From an uncultured Prevotellaceae bacterium (GTDB lineage: Bacteria; Bacteroidota; Bacteroidia; Bacteroidales; Bacteroidaceae), in NCBI GenBank assembly GCA_947165505.1, contig CAMVAT010000017.1, positions 7,253 through 71,252 of the forward strand: a stretch of 64,000 bases of DNA, given 5' to 3'. Made by a program: the position numbers and the translations under genes. Below, one piece after another: positions 18,649-27,986 of this stretch (within the stretch, counting starts at the first letter, position 1; every line of letters starts with the position of its first letter). Below the pieces are notes generated by a model. That model was given only the letters and a program-made list of their open reading frames with translations, was not told where the DNA came from and ran no database searches.

Positions 18649-20511
18649 ATGGCAGAAAAATTGGAAGTGAAAGAACTCGACCAAGTGGTAGTGCGGTTCT
18701 CCGGCGACTCCGGCGACGGCATGCAACTGGCCGGCAACATCTTCTCGACCGTGTCGGCCACCGTCGGCAACGGCATCTCCACGTTTCCCGATTACCCGGC
18801 AGACATCCGCGCCCCGCAAGGGTCGCTCACAGGTGTGAGCGGTTTCCAGGTGCACATCGGCGAAGGAAAGGTATATACCCCCGGCGACCAATGCGACGTG
18901 CTGGTGGCAATGAACGCCGCCGCGCTGAAGACACAATATAAGTATGCCAAGCCGCAGGCCACCATCATCATCGACACCGACAGCTTCGGCCCGAGCGACC
19001 TGAAGAAGGCGCAGTTCGCCTCCGACGACTACCTGGGCGAGATGGGCATCGACCCCGACCGCGTGGTGCAGTGCCCCCTGACAACGATGGTGAAAGACTG
19101 CCTGGCCGACAGCGGCATGGACAACAAGGCTGTGCTCAAGTGCCGTAATATGTTCGCCCTGGGACTGGTGTGCTGGCTGTTCGACCGCGACCTGTCGCTG
19201 GTGGCCAATTTCCTGCGCGAGAAGTTCGCCAAGAAACCTGCCATCGCAGAGAATAATATCAAGGTGGTGCAGGCCGGCTACGACTATGGCCACAACACAC
19301 ACTCGTCGGCCATCAATGTCTATCGCATCGAGACCAAGCAGAAAGAGCCCGGACGATACATGGACATCACCGGCAACAAAGCCACAGCCTACGGCTTCAT
19401 CGCCGCCGCCGAGAAAGCAGGACTGAAACTCTACTTAGGCTCCTACCCTATCACACCTGCCACCGACGTGCTGCACGAACTGTCGAAGCATAAGTCGCTC
19501 GGCGTGACCACCGTGCAGTGCGAAGACGAGATCAGCGGCTGCGCCTCGGCACTGGGAGCCTCGTTTGCCGGCGCCCTGGGCGTGACATCGACATCCGGAC
19601 CGGGCATCTGCCTGAAGTCGGAGGCTATGAACCTGGCCGTCATCATGGAACTGCCGCTCGTGGTGCTCGACGTGCAGCGCGGAGGCCCCGCCACGGGACT
19701 GCCCACCAAGTCGGAACAGACCGACCTGCTGCAAGTGCTCTTCGGCCGCAACGGCGAGAGCCCCATGCCCGTGCTGGCCGCTACCAGTCCGGCCGACTGC
19801 TTCGACGCTGCCTATCAGGCTTGCAAGATCGCCCTGGAGCACATGACGCCTGTGGTGCTGCTCACCGATGCCTACGTGGCCAACGGCTCCGGCGCCTTCA
19901 AACTGCCCGACATCACTCGTCTCGACGCCATCTGTCCTCCCTACGTGCCCGAGGAGCTCAAAGGTAAGTGGACACCCTACATGCGCGCCGACAACGGCAC
20001 CCGCTACTGGGCTGTGCCGGGACGTGAGGGCTTCACACATATCCTGGGCGGTCTGGAGAAAGACTCTGCCACAGGTGCCATCTCGACCAACCCCGAGAAC
20101 CACGACCTGATGACACGTCTGCGCCAGCAGAAGATACAGAATATCGAGGTGCCCGACCTGGAAGTGGAGGGCGATGCCGCCGACGCCGACCTGCTCATCG
20201 TGGGCTTCGGCTCTACCTACGGTCATCTGCACGCGGCGATGGACGAGTTGCGCGCACAAGGCAAAAAGGTGGCGCTGGCTCAGTTTAAGTACCTCAACCC
20301 GCTGCCCAAGAACACCCCCGAGGTGATGAAGAAATACAAGCGGGTGGTGGTGGCCGAACAAAACATGGGCCAACTTGCCGCATACCTGCGCATGAAGGTC
20401 GATGGTTTCGTTCCCTGCCAATACAACGAGGTGAAAGGACAACCCTTTGTGGTGGGCGATATCGTAGCGCACTTAGCCCCCCTCCTTTCCTCCCCCGAGG
20501 GGGAGGCATAA
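18649..20511 (+). CDS. korA: 2-oxoglutarate (2-oxoacid):ferredoxin oxidoreductase subunit alpha
   Basis: The N-terminus VVRFSGDSGDGMQLAGNIFSTVSATVGNGISTFPDYPADIRAPQGSLTGVSGFQVHIG (gamma-like domain) is fused to the alpha domain (GSYPITPATDVLHEL). The last ~12 codons are encoded by a repeat hairpin. Confidence 0.85.
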   Translation: MAEKLEVKELDQVVVRFSGDSGDGMQLAGNIFSTVSATVGNGISTFPDYPADIRAPQGSLTGVSGFQVHIGEGKVYTPGDQCDVLVAMNAAALKTQYKYAKPQATIIIDTDSFGPSDLKKAQFASDDYLGEMGIDPDRVVQCPLTTMVKDCLADSGMDNKAVLKCRNMFALGLVCWLFDRDLSLVANFLREKFAKKPAIAENNIKVVQAGYDYGHNTHSSAINVYRIETKQKEPGRYMDITGNKATAYGFIAAAEKAGLKLYLGSYPITPATDVLHELSKHKSLGVTTVQCEDEISGCASALGASFAGALGVTSTSGPGICLKSEAMNLAVIMELPLVVLDVQRGGPATGLPTKSEQTDLLQVLFGRNGESPMPVLAATSPADCFDAAYQACKIALEHMTPVVLLTDAYVANGSGAFKLPDITRLDAICPPYVPEELKGKWTPYMRADNGTRYWAVPGREGFTHILGGLEKDSATGAISTNPENHDLMTRLRQQKIQNIEVPDLEVEGDAADADLLIVGFGSTYGHLHAAMDELRAQGKKVALAQFKYLNPLPKNTPEVMKKYKRVVVAEQNMGQLAAYLRMKVDGFVPCQYNEVKGQPFVVGDIVAHLAPLLSSPEGEA

Positions 20512-20972
20512 TTACCTCTGCAAATGAGCTATGATTACCAAACAGCAGACCCTATGTTATACAGTCTGTTGAAGGATTTAGCCAAAAAGAATCGTGAGCA
20601 TCCCACTCCTGCCGAGTCAGCTCTTTGGAAATTCCTGAAAAACAATGCCCTGGGATGCACCTTTAAGAGACAACATATCGTAGGTGCTTATATCGCTGAT
20701 TTTATCTGCATCCAGGCAAGGTTAATCATTGAGATAGATGGTGGATACCATCAACTGCCCGAACAGCAAATCAGTGATTTGGAGCGTCAACAATGGCTGG
20801 AGTCTCAAGGTTTCAAGGTAATCAGATTCACCAATGAAGAGGTAATGGCAGACATTGAGCGAGTAATAGATACAATAGAACGTTTTACATAGCCAACAAA
20901 GAATACATGGAATCAAATATCAACAACAACAGTAATTATTCCTCCCCCTCGGGGGAGGCCAGGTGGGGGGCT
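20475..20972. mobile_element. candidate mini-cassette: a DUF559 gene bounded by ~37-bp inverted repeats
   Basis: The left arm at 20475-20511, reverse-complemented, is TTATGCCTCCCCCTCGGGGGAGGAAAGGAGGGGGGCT. The right arm at 20936-20972 is TTATTCCTCCCCCTCGGGGGAGGCCAGGTGGGGGGCT. The enclosed gene is AT-richer by hand count: about 40% G+C in its first 60 nt versus about 57% in the last 60 nt of korA. Confidence 0.4.
20524..20892 (+). CDS. DUF559 (Vsr/PD-(D/E)xK-fold) endonuclease-domain protein
   Basis: PTPAESALWKFLKN...FKRQHIVGAYIADFICIQARLIIEIDGGYH...QWLESQGFKVIRFTNEEV is the typical DUF559 pattern (D...E.DG..H, then R.. and V.RF.N). Confidence 0.8.
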   Translation: MSYDYQTADPMLYSLLKDLAKKNREHPTPAESALWKFLKNNALGCTFKRQHIVGAYIADFICIQARLIIEIDGGYHQLPEQQISDLERQQWLESQGFKVIRFTNEEVMADIERVIDTIERFT

Positions 20973-22022
20973 TCTGACATCAACAACAACAGTAACTATT
21001 CCTCCCCCTCGGGGGAGGCCAGGTGGGGGGCTTCTGACTTCAAAAAAGGGCAGCCCCGTTGGTGTCCCGGTTGTGGCGACCACTTCTTCCTGGCATCACT
21101 CCATAAAGCATTGGCCGAGATAGGCGTGGCTCCCTACGACACCGCCGTCATCTCTGGCATCGGCTGTTCCAGCCGTCTGCCCCACTACATGGCTACCTAC
21201 GGCATGAACACCATCCACGGGCGCGCTGCCGCCATCGCCACAGGCGCCAAGGTGGCCAACCCCCGCCTCACCATATGGCAGGTGAGCGGCGACGGCGACG
21301 GTCTGGCTATCGGCGGCAACCACTTCATCCATGCCAACCGCCGTAATATCGACCTCAATATGATTCTGCTCAACAACCGCATCTACGGTCTGACCAAGGG
21401 ACAGTACTCACCCACCTCACCGCGCGGATTCGTGTCGAAGTCGAGCCCCTACGGCACCGTCGAAGACCCGTTCCGCCCGGCTGAACTGTGCTTCGGCGCA
21501 CGCGGACATTTCTTCGCCCGTGCCGTAGCCACCGACACCGCCGGCACGGTAGAGGTGCTCAAGGCCGCCTACGAGCACAAGGGCGCCTCGGTGTGCGAGA
21601 TACTGCAAAACTGCGTCATCTTCAACAATGGCACGCACGACTTGGTCTATACCAAGGAGGGACGTAAGAAAAACGCCATCTACGTGCGCCACGGCGAGAA
21701 ACTCGTGTTCGGCGAGAACAACGAATACGGCCTGGTGCAGGACGGCTTCGGCGTGAAGGTAGTGAAGATAGGCGAAAACGGCGTCACCCTCGACGATATC
21801 CTGGTGCATGACGCCCACTGCCAGGACAACACCTTGCAGCTGAAGCTGGCTATGATGACACCCGAAGACGGATTCCCCATCGCCCTCGGCGTCATCCGCG
21901 ACGTGGAGGCTCCCACCTACGACGCTGCCGTGCACGAGCAGATTGCAGAGGTGAGCGCACAGAAGAAATACCACAACTTCACCGAACTGCTCGAGACCAA
22001 CGACATCTGGGAGGTGAAATAG
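20907..22022 (+). CDS. korB: 2-oxoglutarate:ferredoxin oxidoreductase subunit beta (TPP-binding)
   Basis: RWCPGCGDHFFL, GIGCSSRLPHY and GDGDGLAIGGNHFIHANRRN (TPP-binding GDG...N). The only in-frame ATG is at 20907, so about 45 N-terminal residues come from cassette and repeat sequence. Confidence 0.85.
   Translation: MESNINNNSNYSSPSGEARWGASDINNNSNYSSPSGEARWGASDFKKGQPRWCPGCGDHFFLASLHKALAEIGVAPYDTAVISGIGCSSRLPHYMATYGMNTIHGRAAAIATGAKVANPRLTIWQVSGDGDGLAIGGNHFIHANRRNIDLNMILLNNRIYGLTKGQYSPTSPRGFVSKSSPYGTVEDPFRPAELCFGARGHFFARAVATDTAGTVEVLKAAYEHKGASVCEILQNCVIFNNGTHDLVYTKEGRKKNAIYVRHGEKLVFGENNEYGLVQDGFGVKVVKIGENGVTLDDILVHDAHCQDNTLQLKLAMMTPEDGFPIALGVIRDVEAPTYDAAVHEQIAEVSAQKKYHNFTELLETNDIWEVK
20919..21038 (+). 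repeat. 60-bp tandem duplication (2 units, 1 mismatch) inside the 5' end of korB
   Basis: ATCAACAACAACAGTAA(T/C)TATTCCTCCCCCTCGGGGGAGGCCAGGTGGGGGGCTTCTGAC occurs at 20919-20978 and again at 20979-21038. It is translated as INNNSNYSSPSGEARWGASD twice. Confidence 0.95.
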
Positions 22023-22048
22023 AGAAACGACCGAGTTCTACGGTATAT

Positions 22049-22086
22049 GCGGGCCAAGGCGACAGACACCTTGGCCCGCTATTTTC
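22049..22086 (+). terminator. intrinsic terminator after korB
   Basis: GCGGGCCAAGG-9 nt-CCTTGGCCCGC (11-bp stem) followed by TATTTTCT. Confidence 0.6.
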
Positions 22087-22195
22087 TCCATACCACGTCA
22101 TCGCCGGACGCGCCTTGGGCGGTGTCATCAAGAGGACATACGTTGGCGAATGAATCCGTCGGCTCGAAGCTTGAATCTTACAACTCTAAGAGAAA

Positions 22196-22230
22196 CCAAA
22201 AGTGGCGCAGCATTGCTGCGCCACTTTTGG
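22196..22230 (-). terminator. hairpin terminator after the GH10 gene (bidirectional shape)
   Basis: CCAAAAGTGGCGCAGC-loop-GCTGCGCCACTTTTGG is a perfect 16-bp stem with U-runs built into both arms. Confidence 0.6.
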
Positions 22231-22245
22231 TCTATGTAGCAGAAT

Positions 22246-24672
22246 TTATTTCACCGTCTCTGAGACGTTCTGCTTCTCGTAGTAAGCCTTGTAGTCATCG
22301 CCGCCATACTTCAGACCGAGGTCTTCGCCGGCGATACCGTCGCACACGCCCTTGTAGGCCCACTTGCGCAGGAAGTTGGCGTCAAACAGGTTGGGCACCT
22401 CGCCCTTGAGCCAATATTCGTGCTCGTCCTCGGCATCGGTGAGCGACCAGATGGTGATACCGTGCTGCTGTGCCTCGGGGATATTCTCCTTGTACGACTC
22501 GAAGATCATCTTGTAGGCATCGGCCTGGGCCTGATACTGCGCAGCCGACGGCGTACCGGTGCCAAGGGCGATGTCGAGCTCGGTCACGCGGATGAGCTTG
22601 CCGGTGGCGGCGAGCGTCTTGAACTGCGCATCCACCTTCTCCTTCAGTTCGGCCAGGATGCCGGCATTGGCCTCCACGTCGTCGGTAGGACGGAACGACA
22701 CGTGCATCTGCGTGCCGATGCCATCGACGATGGGCGAACCATTGGCAGCGTCGATCTCCTGCACCCACTTGATGAGGGCGGCCAGTTTCGAGGGCGATGT
22801 CTCGAGGTTGTAGTCGTTGATGAACAGCTTGGTCTCGGCGGGCAGGTACTTGCGGGCATACTGGAAGGCCTTCACACCGTAGTCGGGCACGTAGTAACCC
22901 CAGTAGAAGCGGTTGTTGCCCCAGTTGAGTTGCAGGCCGTTGGTGGTGTCTTCAGTGGGCACCGTGTCATACGTGGTGTTGCCGTCGTCGTCGGTGGTAG
23001 AACCGCCGAATACGCCGTTCAGACCGCGCACGCCGTTGCCGTTGCCGTCGGCGATGGCTTCGTTGATGACATCATAGCCGGCGGGCACCACGCCCTTCTC
23101 GGCGAAGTAGTCGGCCACGGCCTTCACCCAGCTCTCCATGGCACCAGTCAGCGCCTCATATTTCTCTTCGGGGGTCTTGAAGGTATAGACCATCTTCGTG
23201 GCTCTGCGGGGCGCAAACCACTTGGTGCTGTTGGCACCCTCGCCCTCTTCGCTCACCTTGGTCACCTTCACATCATCGATGTAATAGGTCACGCCCGGCT
23301 GAGTGCCCAGGTCGATGAAGAACTGCCATGTGTCGCTGCCCTCGACGAAGTCGGTGCTGAAGCGCTGCAGCACCACGTTGATCTCGGTCCATGAGGTAGA
23401 GGTCTCAAACGCCTCGGTCCAGCTCGACTGACTGCCCGTCCAGTTCATCCACGGCCAGCGGTTGCTCAGGTCGGCCGAGAACGACACACGTCCCTTGCCG
23501 GCCTGGTCGCTCTTGATGAAGAACGACAGGCGCACCTCTTCGCCCGGGAAAGTGGGTATGGGGTCGCAGCTCACCTGCAGGTCCCAGTAGTTGGCGCTGC
23601 TCTCCGAGGCGGTCATCTTCAGTGCGTGCGAACCGTCGGTGGCGTCGCTGAGTTCCACAGCCTCGACGCCAGCACCGGCGTTGTTGACGGTCCACCCGGT
23701 GGTGCCGTCCTCAAACGAACCGTTGTTGCAGTAGTTGGTGGGGCCGGAGATACGCTCACCCAGTTCCACATTGTCTATCCAATAGGTGCCGGCCACCTTA
23801 CCAAAATTGATGCAGAACTGGTTATACCCCTCGCCTGCCACAAACTCTTTCTCGTAGGTGCCCCAAGAGGTGCCCACGGCTTGCGAGCCGAGTCCGGCCT
23901 GCGCGTATGTAGAGTTGTTTTGTATCACGGCATCCAGACTGCCAGCAGGAGAGTCGGAGCGAGCCTTGAAGCGGAACACGTAGGTCTTGCCCTCTTCGAG
24001 GGGGTCGTTCAGATTCTGTGCAAACTGAGCCGAGTAGGTGTCAGCGGCATCAGAGGGGTTTATGAGCTTGGCGGCGCCGCTGCCATCGATACCGCCCGTC
24101 TCGTCCCATTCTTTCGATGAACCGTTGCCCCAGCTGTTCCAGTTGTCCAGTCCCTGGTCGAAGTAGCCGTTTTTCAGGATGCTGGCGATGTCGCCGTCGG
24201 TCTCGATGGTCACCGTGGGGGCGATGAGCGACTTCAGGTAAGTCTGGTTCTGCTGCTGATACCAGAAGAAGTTATGACCGTAGAGCTTCATGTCGGCGGG
24301 CATGGCATTGAGCACGGCATCCACGGTGCCGGTGTTCAGCGTACCGCTGTTGCTCAGGAAGGCGTCCATCTTCATGGCGTTGCCCAGGGTGATCATCTGG
24401 AAGTTGTCGTTGGCCAGTTGGCCGCGACCGTCTTCACCCAGATAGATAGAAGCTCCGAGCCCCAGTCCGATTATCTGGTTGGGGGTGTATTGTGCGGCGT
24501 AGGTCTTGATATTGTCATAGTTGGCCAGCACCTCACGCACCTCGAGCGGCAGTTCGGTCGATGTCACTGCTCCGTGCCCTTCGGGTGTGCGCCATTCCAT
24601 GATTTGCTCGTCGCACCCCACCAGCAGCATCGATGCCGCCAGTGCCGGTAGAATGATTTTATGGAATTTCAT
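22246..24672 (-). CDS. endo-1,4-beta-xylanase, GH10 interrupted by tandem CBM4_9 modules (Xyn10C-like lipoprotein)
   Basis: Lipobox LLVGC. The GH10 N-terminal part (LYGHNFFWYQQQN) comes first. Two CBM4_9-like inserts follow (NGYFDQGLDNWNSWGNG, CNNGSFEDGTTGWTV). The GH10 fold then resumes with DVINEA (acid/base) and RVTELDIA (nucleophile). I chose the start MKFHKII at 24672. Confidence 0.85.
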   Translation of the reverse strand: MKFHKIILPALAASMLLVGCDEQIMEWRTPEGHGAVTSTELPLEVREVLANYDNIKTYAAQYTPNQIIGLGLGASIYLGEDGRGQLANDNFQMITLGNAMKMDAFLSNSGTLNTGTVDAVLNAMPADMKLYGHNFFWYQQQNQTYLKSLIAPTVTIETDGDIASILKNGYFDQGLDNWNSWGNGSSKEWDETGGIDGSGAAKLINPSDAADTYSAQFAQNLNDPLEEGKTYVFRFKARSDSPAGSLDAVIQNNSTYAQAGLGSQAVGTSWGTYEKEFVAGEGYNQFCINFGKVAGTYWIDNVELGERISGPTNYCNNGSFEDGTTGWTVNNAGAGVEAVELSDATDGSHALKMTASESSANYWDLQVSCDPIPTFPGEEVRLSFFIKSDQAGKGRVSFSADLSNRWPWMNWTGSQSSWTEAFETSTSWTEINVVLQRFSTDFVEGSDTWQFFIDLGTQPGVTYYIDDVKVTKVSEEGEGANSTKWFAPRRATKMVYTFKTPEEKYEALTGAMESWVKAVADYFAEKGVVPAGYDVINEAIADGNGNGVRGLNGVFGGSTTDDDGNTTYDTVPTEDTTNGLQLNWGNNRFYWGYYVPDYGVKAFQYARKYLPAETKLFINDYNLETSPSKLAALIKWVQEIDAANGSPIVDGIGTQMHVSFRPTDDVEANAGILAELKEKVDAQFKTLAATGKLIRVTELDIALGTGTPSAAQYQAQADAYKMIFESYKENIPEAQQHGITIWSLTDAEDEHEYWLKGEVPNLFDANFLRKWAYKGVCDGIAGEDLGLKYGGDDYKAYYEKQNVSETVK

Positions 24673-24736
24673 AATATAGTTGCTTTTTTTTGTTTTTTTT
24701 ATATTGCTTTTTTTAGATACTATAGACACGATGTCT

Positions 24737-26119
24737 CTATTCTTCCGGGAAGTCGGAGACGGTCTGGGCGGTGGTCTTCACCACGCGCAGGTTGTCGATA
24801 TAGATCTTGATGCCGGTGTTGGTCGAGGGGAAGGTCTTCTCCTCGCTGAACTCCAGGTCGTTGTTGACGAAGAAGATGAGCAGGTTGCGATACGAACCGG
24901 CATTGCGGTCGTCGATCACGTTTTGGAAGGTGTATTCCGCCTCGGGGTCGCTGTAGTTGCCCAGGGTGTTGAAGGGGATGGTGACGGTGACCCAGCGCTT
25001 GCCTGTCTCGTATGGAGTGGTGGTGCCGTCTGCGTTGAGCCAGGGCACCCACACGCCGGCCTGGTGCAGGTAGCTGGTCGAGGGCTTTGTGTCGCCCGAG
25101 CCGTAGCCCGAGGTGGAGAGGTTGTTCTGGAGCGAGATTTCAAACTGTCCGGTCATGCTCCACACGCCATCTACATACACGTCCATCTGGATGGCCAGCT
25201 CGCTCACCGGCGTATTGCCGGGGATATAGGCGGTCATGCGGTTCCAGTCGTCAGTGGGCTCGTCGTTGCCGGCGGTGGCCCAGTAGCGGGTCACCTTGCC
25301 TGCGCCATAGACACCATCCACGTAGTCAGACTCGGGAATGAGTGTTGCCACCTTGCCGCGTCCGGTGCCGAGGGGGTCGTCAACCAGCTCGTCGGGACTG
25401 CATGTGGCGCTCCACGAGCCGAGTGCGCCCTTGCCGTTCTCCTCGAAGTCGATGATGAAGCAGCGGAAGTCGTTGAAGAACTCGGGCGACATGGCGGTGC
25501 CGTTGGCACCCTCGCTGCTGATGGCTCCGCACTCGGTCACGCCGTCGGGCATGACAAACGAGAACCATTTTCCCTCCTCGTCATTCTCGATGCCACTGTT
25601 GACGACGATGCCGCCGGGCAGCGTGACAGAGGTGGTCTCTTGCAGGTTGCTGCCATAGACAGTGACGGTCTCGCCCGGCCGCGGCATGGTGTTGTCCATG
25701 CTGGTGATGCTGGGCGACGAGGCGCGGATGGTGAACGCATATACCGTCTCGGTCTGGTCTTTCACCAGGCGGATGGTGTTGCGCACGGCGTCGTCGGCCG
25801 TCTCCACGGGTGTTTCAGTATTGAGGGTCACCCACACGTTGTTGTCGGTGAGCAGGGCATTGTTGAAATAGGTGTCATAGCCGTTGATATAGATTTTCTT
25901 CAGTCCCTTGAATCCTTCGCCCTGTATGCGGATGAGCTGTCCCAGGCGTGCGAAGTCCACCTCGCGGTCGGGCACGCTCGACTTCACGTCTTGCAGGAAG
26001 ACCTTGTCGATGCGCATGGCTTTCGACTGCGATCCGCTGTCATCGTCGTCCTTGCACGAGGTAAGCCCCAGGCCGATGAGTGCGACGCACAGCATCCATA
26101 AATATTTCATTGTTTTCAT
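24737..26119 (-). CDS. PUL-encoded surface glycan-binding lipoprotein (XusE-like; IPT/TIG-like domains plus a C-terminal beta-sandwich)
   Basis: Lipobox GLTSC. It sits between SusD and GH10, as in the Prevotella/Bacteroides Xus xylan cluster. There are two IPT/TIG-like segments (IRIQGEGFKGLKKIYING, VTVYGSNLQETTSVTLPGG). Confidence 0.6.
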   Translation of the reverse strand: MKTMKYLWMLCVALIGLGLTSCKDDDDSGSQSKAMRIDKVFLQDVKSSVPDREVDFARLGQLIRIQGEGFKGLKKIYINGYDTYFNNALLTDNNVWVTLNTETPVETADDAVRNTIRLVKDQTETVYAFTIRASSPSITSMDNTMPRPGETVTVYGSNLQETTSVTLPGGIVVNSGIENDEEGKWFSFVMPDGVTECGAISSEGANGTAMSPEFFNDFRCFIIDFEENGKGALGSWSATCSPDELVDDPLGTGRGKVATLIPESDYVDGVYGAGKVTRYWATAGNDEPTDDWNRMTAYIPGNTPVSELAIQMDVYVDGVWSMTGQFEISLQNNLSTSGYGSGDTKPSTSYLHQAGVWVPWLNADGTTTPYETGKRWVTVTIPFNTLGNYSDPEAEYTFQNVIDDRNAGSYRNLLIFFVNNDLEFSEEKTFPSTNTGIKIYIDNLRVVKTTAQTVSDFPEE

Positions 26120-26226
26120 ATATAGAATATGTTAGATGATACTTTAGATGATAGTTTAAATAATACGATATTTGATTACCTACCCGAATGACCGTTTTAC
26201 TTTTTTACTCTTTTACTTTTTTACTT

Positions 26227-27966
26227 TTAAAAGAGTTGCGCGTCGGTCACCTCACGCTCGCCGAAGGTATAGGGCTGCGTGGTGATTTGTCCGTTGACGT
26301 CGGTCTTCAAGAGCGGGTTCTTGGTCTGGTCGGTGGCCGACATGGGCAGCAGCAGGTCGCTGGCAGTGGCGATATCTACGCTCGGACCGGGCGAGGTGTA
26401 GGTGTCGCTCAGCTTATACTCGTGGGTCGAGGACTCATAGTAGCTGGCGTTGCGCTGCTGGTTGTTCAGGTAGTTGACCACCTCTTGCTGCTGATAGTAT
26501 CCGCGGCGGATGAGGAAGTACCAGTAGAGTCCTTCGAAGGCCAGTTCCACACGGTATTCGTGGCGCAGGTCTTCGTAGGTGACCTGTGTCTTCACGGGCA
26601 TCTGCGCGCGCTGGCGGATAGCGTTGAAGCACTCCAGGGCCTTTGTGTCTTGAGTGACCCCGGCGTTGCCCATCACGGCCTCCACATAGTTGAGATAGAC
26701 CTCGGCCAGACGGAGCATGTAGGTGTTGATGCCCGAGTTGTTGGGTACGCTGAATCCGTTGACCTTGTTGGTGCCGATGACGTATTTCTTGATGTTGGCA
26801 CCCTGCGAACTGGCGTTCTCTGTCTCGCCGTAGATATAGGGGTTCTGCGGGTCGGCGCTCAGTTCGGGATAGACCTCGCCGTAGGAAGCCACGCTGTAGT
26901 GACGGCGCACGGCATCGTCGATAGAGTTCACGCCCAGGGTGGCATCGGCATACTCCTTGAACTCACGCCAGAGGTCCCACGAGCAGTAGGTGGCGCCGCC
27001 CCATGCGTTGGTGTCGCCCACGGTGGTGCTCCATGCCAGGAATCGGGTCATGCTCTGTCCGGCGCCCGCCATGTCGGCGCCCGGCAGGAACTGCAACTGG
27101 AAGAGCGACTCGGCGTTGTTGTTCTGCGTCTTGGCGGCAAACAGGTCGGCATAGTTGGACAGCAGCGATGCTCCGCTCTCATTGATGACTTTCTCTGCGG
27201 CTTTCTTGGCCATGTCGAGGTAGTATTCATTGCGTGTACCGCGGTTTTTGTCGGTAGCCACGTTGGTGCCGTCGTAGCGGCCCGAGGTGGTGAGTCCGGC
27301 CATGGCGAGATACACGCGCGAGAGCATGCCATAGGCTGAGTATTTGGTCACGCGGCCAAGGTCGCCCTGCGATGCGGGCAAGTTGACGGCGGCATACTCC
27401 AGGTCGCGGATGGCAAACTCCATGGCGTCGGCCTGCGGCTGCGCATAGACCACGTAATTATCCACGAGCTGCTGTGTGTCGTCGTAGATAATGGCGCATC
27501 CCCACAGCGAGGCGATATACCAGTAGGCGGTGCCGCGCATGAAGCGTGCTTCGGCGATGGCCTGTGTCTTGGCCGTCTCACTCACGTTGGCGGTGCTATA
27601 GTCTCGGATGTTCTTGATCGAGTTGTTTGACTGTGCCACGACGGAGTAGAGTGCTGCCCACGCCTCGGTCAGACCCGTAGAGAGCGACGTCTCGGTGAAG
27701 TTGGTGTAGGGATAGATATAGTCTGAATACTGGGCGGTGATGTTATTGGCGCGGCCGTCGCCCATGCCGTAGTAGAACTTATCGTTGAAGTCGTACCACA
27801 CATGGCTGTAGAGCGGACTGGTGGCAGCCGCCACGGCGGCGTTGGAGTCGAAGAAGGTCTGCTGGTTCTGCTGGTAGGTGTTTTCCTGCTCCAGGAAGTC
27901 GTCGGCGCAGCCCGTGGTCATCATCAGTGCTGCGAGTGCTGCGGTATAGATTGCATATTTTTTCAT
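26227..27966 (-). CDS. SusD/RagB-family outer-membrane nutrient-binding lipoprotein (xylan PUL)
   Basis: Lipobox MMTTGC with the start MKKYAIY at 27966. SusD TPR-like core and the typical C-terminus ...LLPMSATDQTKNPLL. Confidence 0.9.
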   Translation of the reverse strand: MKKYAIYTAALAALMMTTGCADDFLEQENTYQQNQQTFFDSNAAVAAATSPLYSHVWYDFNDKFYYGMGDGRANNITAQYSDYIYPYTNFTETSLSTGLTEAWAALYSVVAQSNNSIKNIRDYSTANVSETAKTQAIAEARFMRGTAYWYIASLWGCAIIYDDTQQLVDNYVVYAQPQADAMEFAIRDLEYAAVNLPASQGDLGRVTKYSAYGMLSRVYLAMAGLTTSGRYDGTNVATDKNRGTRNEYYLDMAKKAAEKVINESGASLLSNYADLFAAKTQNNNAESLFQLQFLPGADMAGAGQSMTRFLAWSTTVGDTNAWGGATYCSWDLWREFKEYADATLGVNSIDDAVRRHYSVASYGEVYPELSADPQNPYIYGETENASSQGANIKKYVIGTNKVNGFSVPNNSGINTYMLRLAEVYLNYVEAVMGNAGVTQDTKALECFNAIRQRAQMPVKTQVTYEDLRHEYRVELAFEGLYWYFLIRRGYYQQQEVVNYLNNQQRNASYYESSTHEYKLSDTYTSPGPSVDIATASDLLLPMSATDQTKNPLLKTDVNGQITTQPYTFGEREVTDAQLF

Positions 27967-27986
27967 CGTATGTGTCCTCCTGTTCA

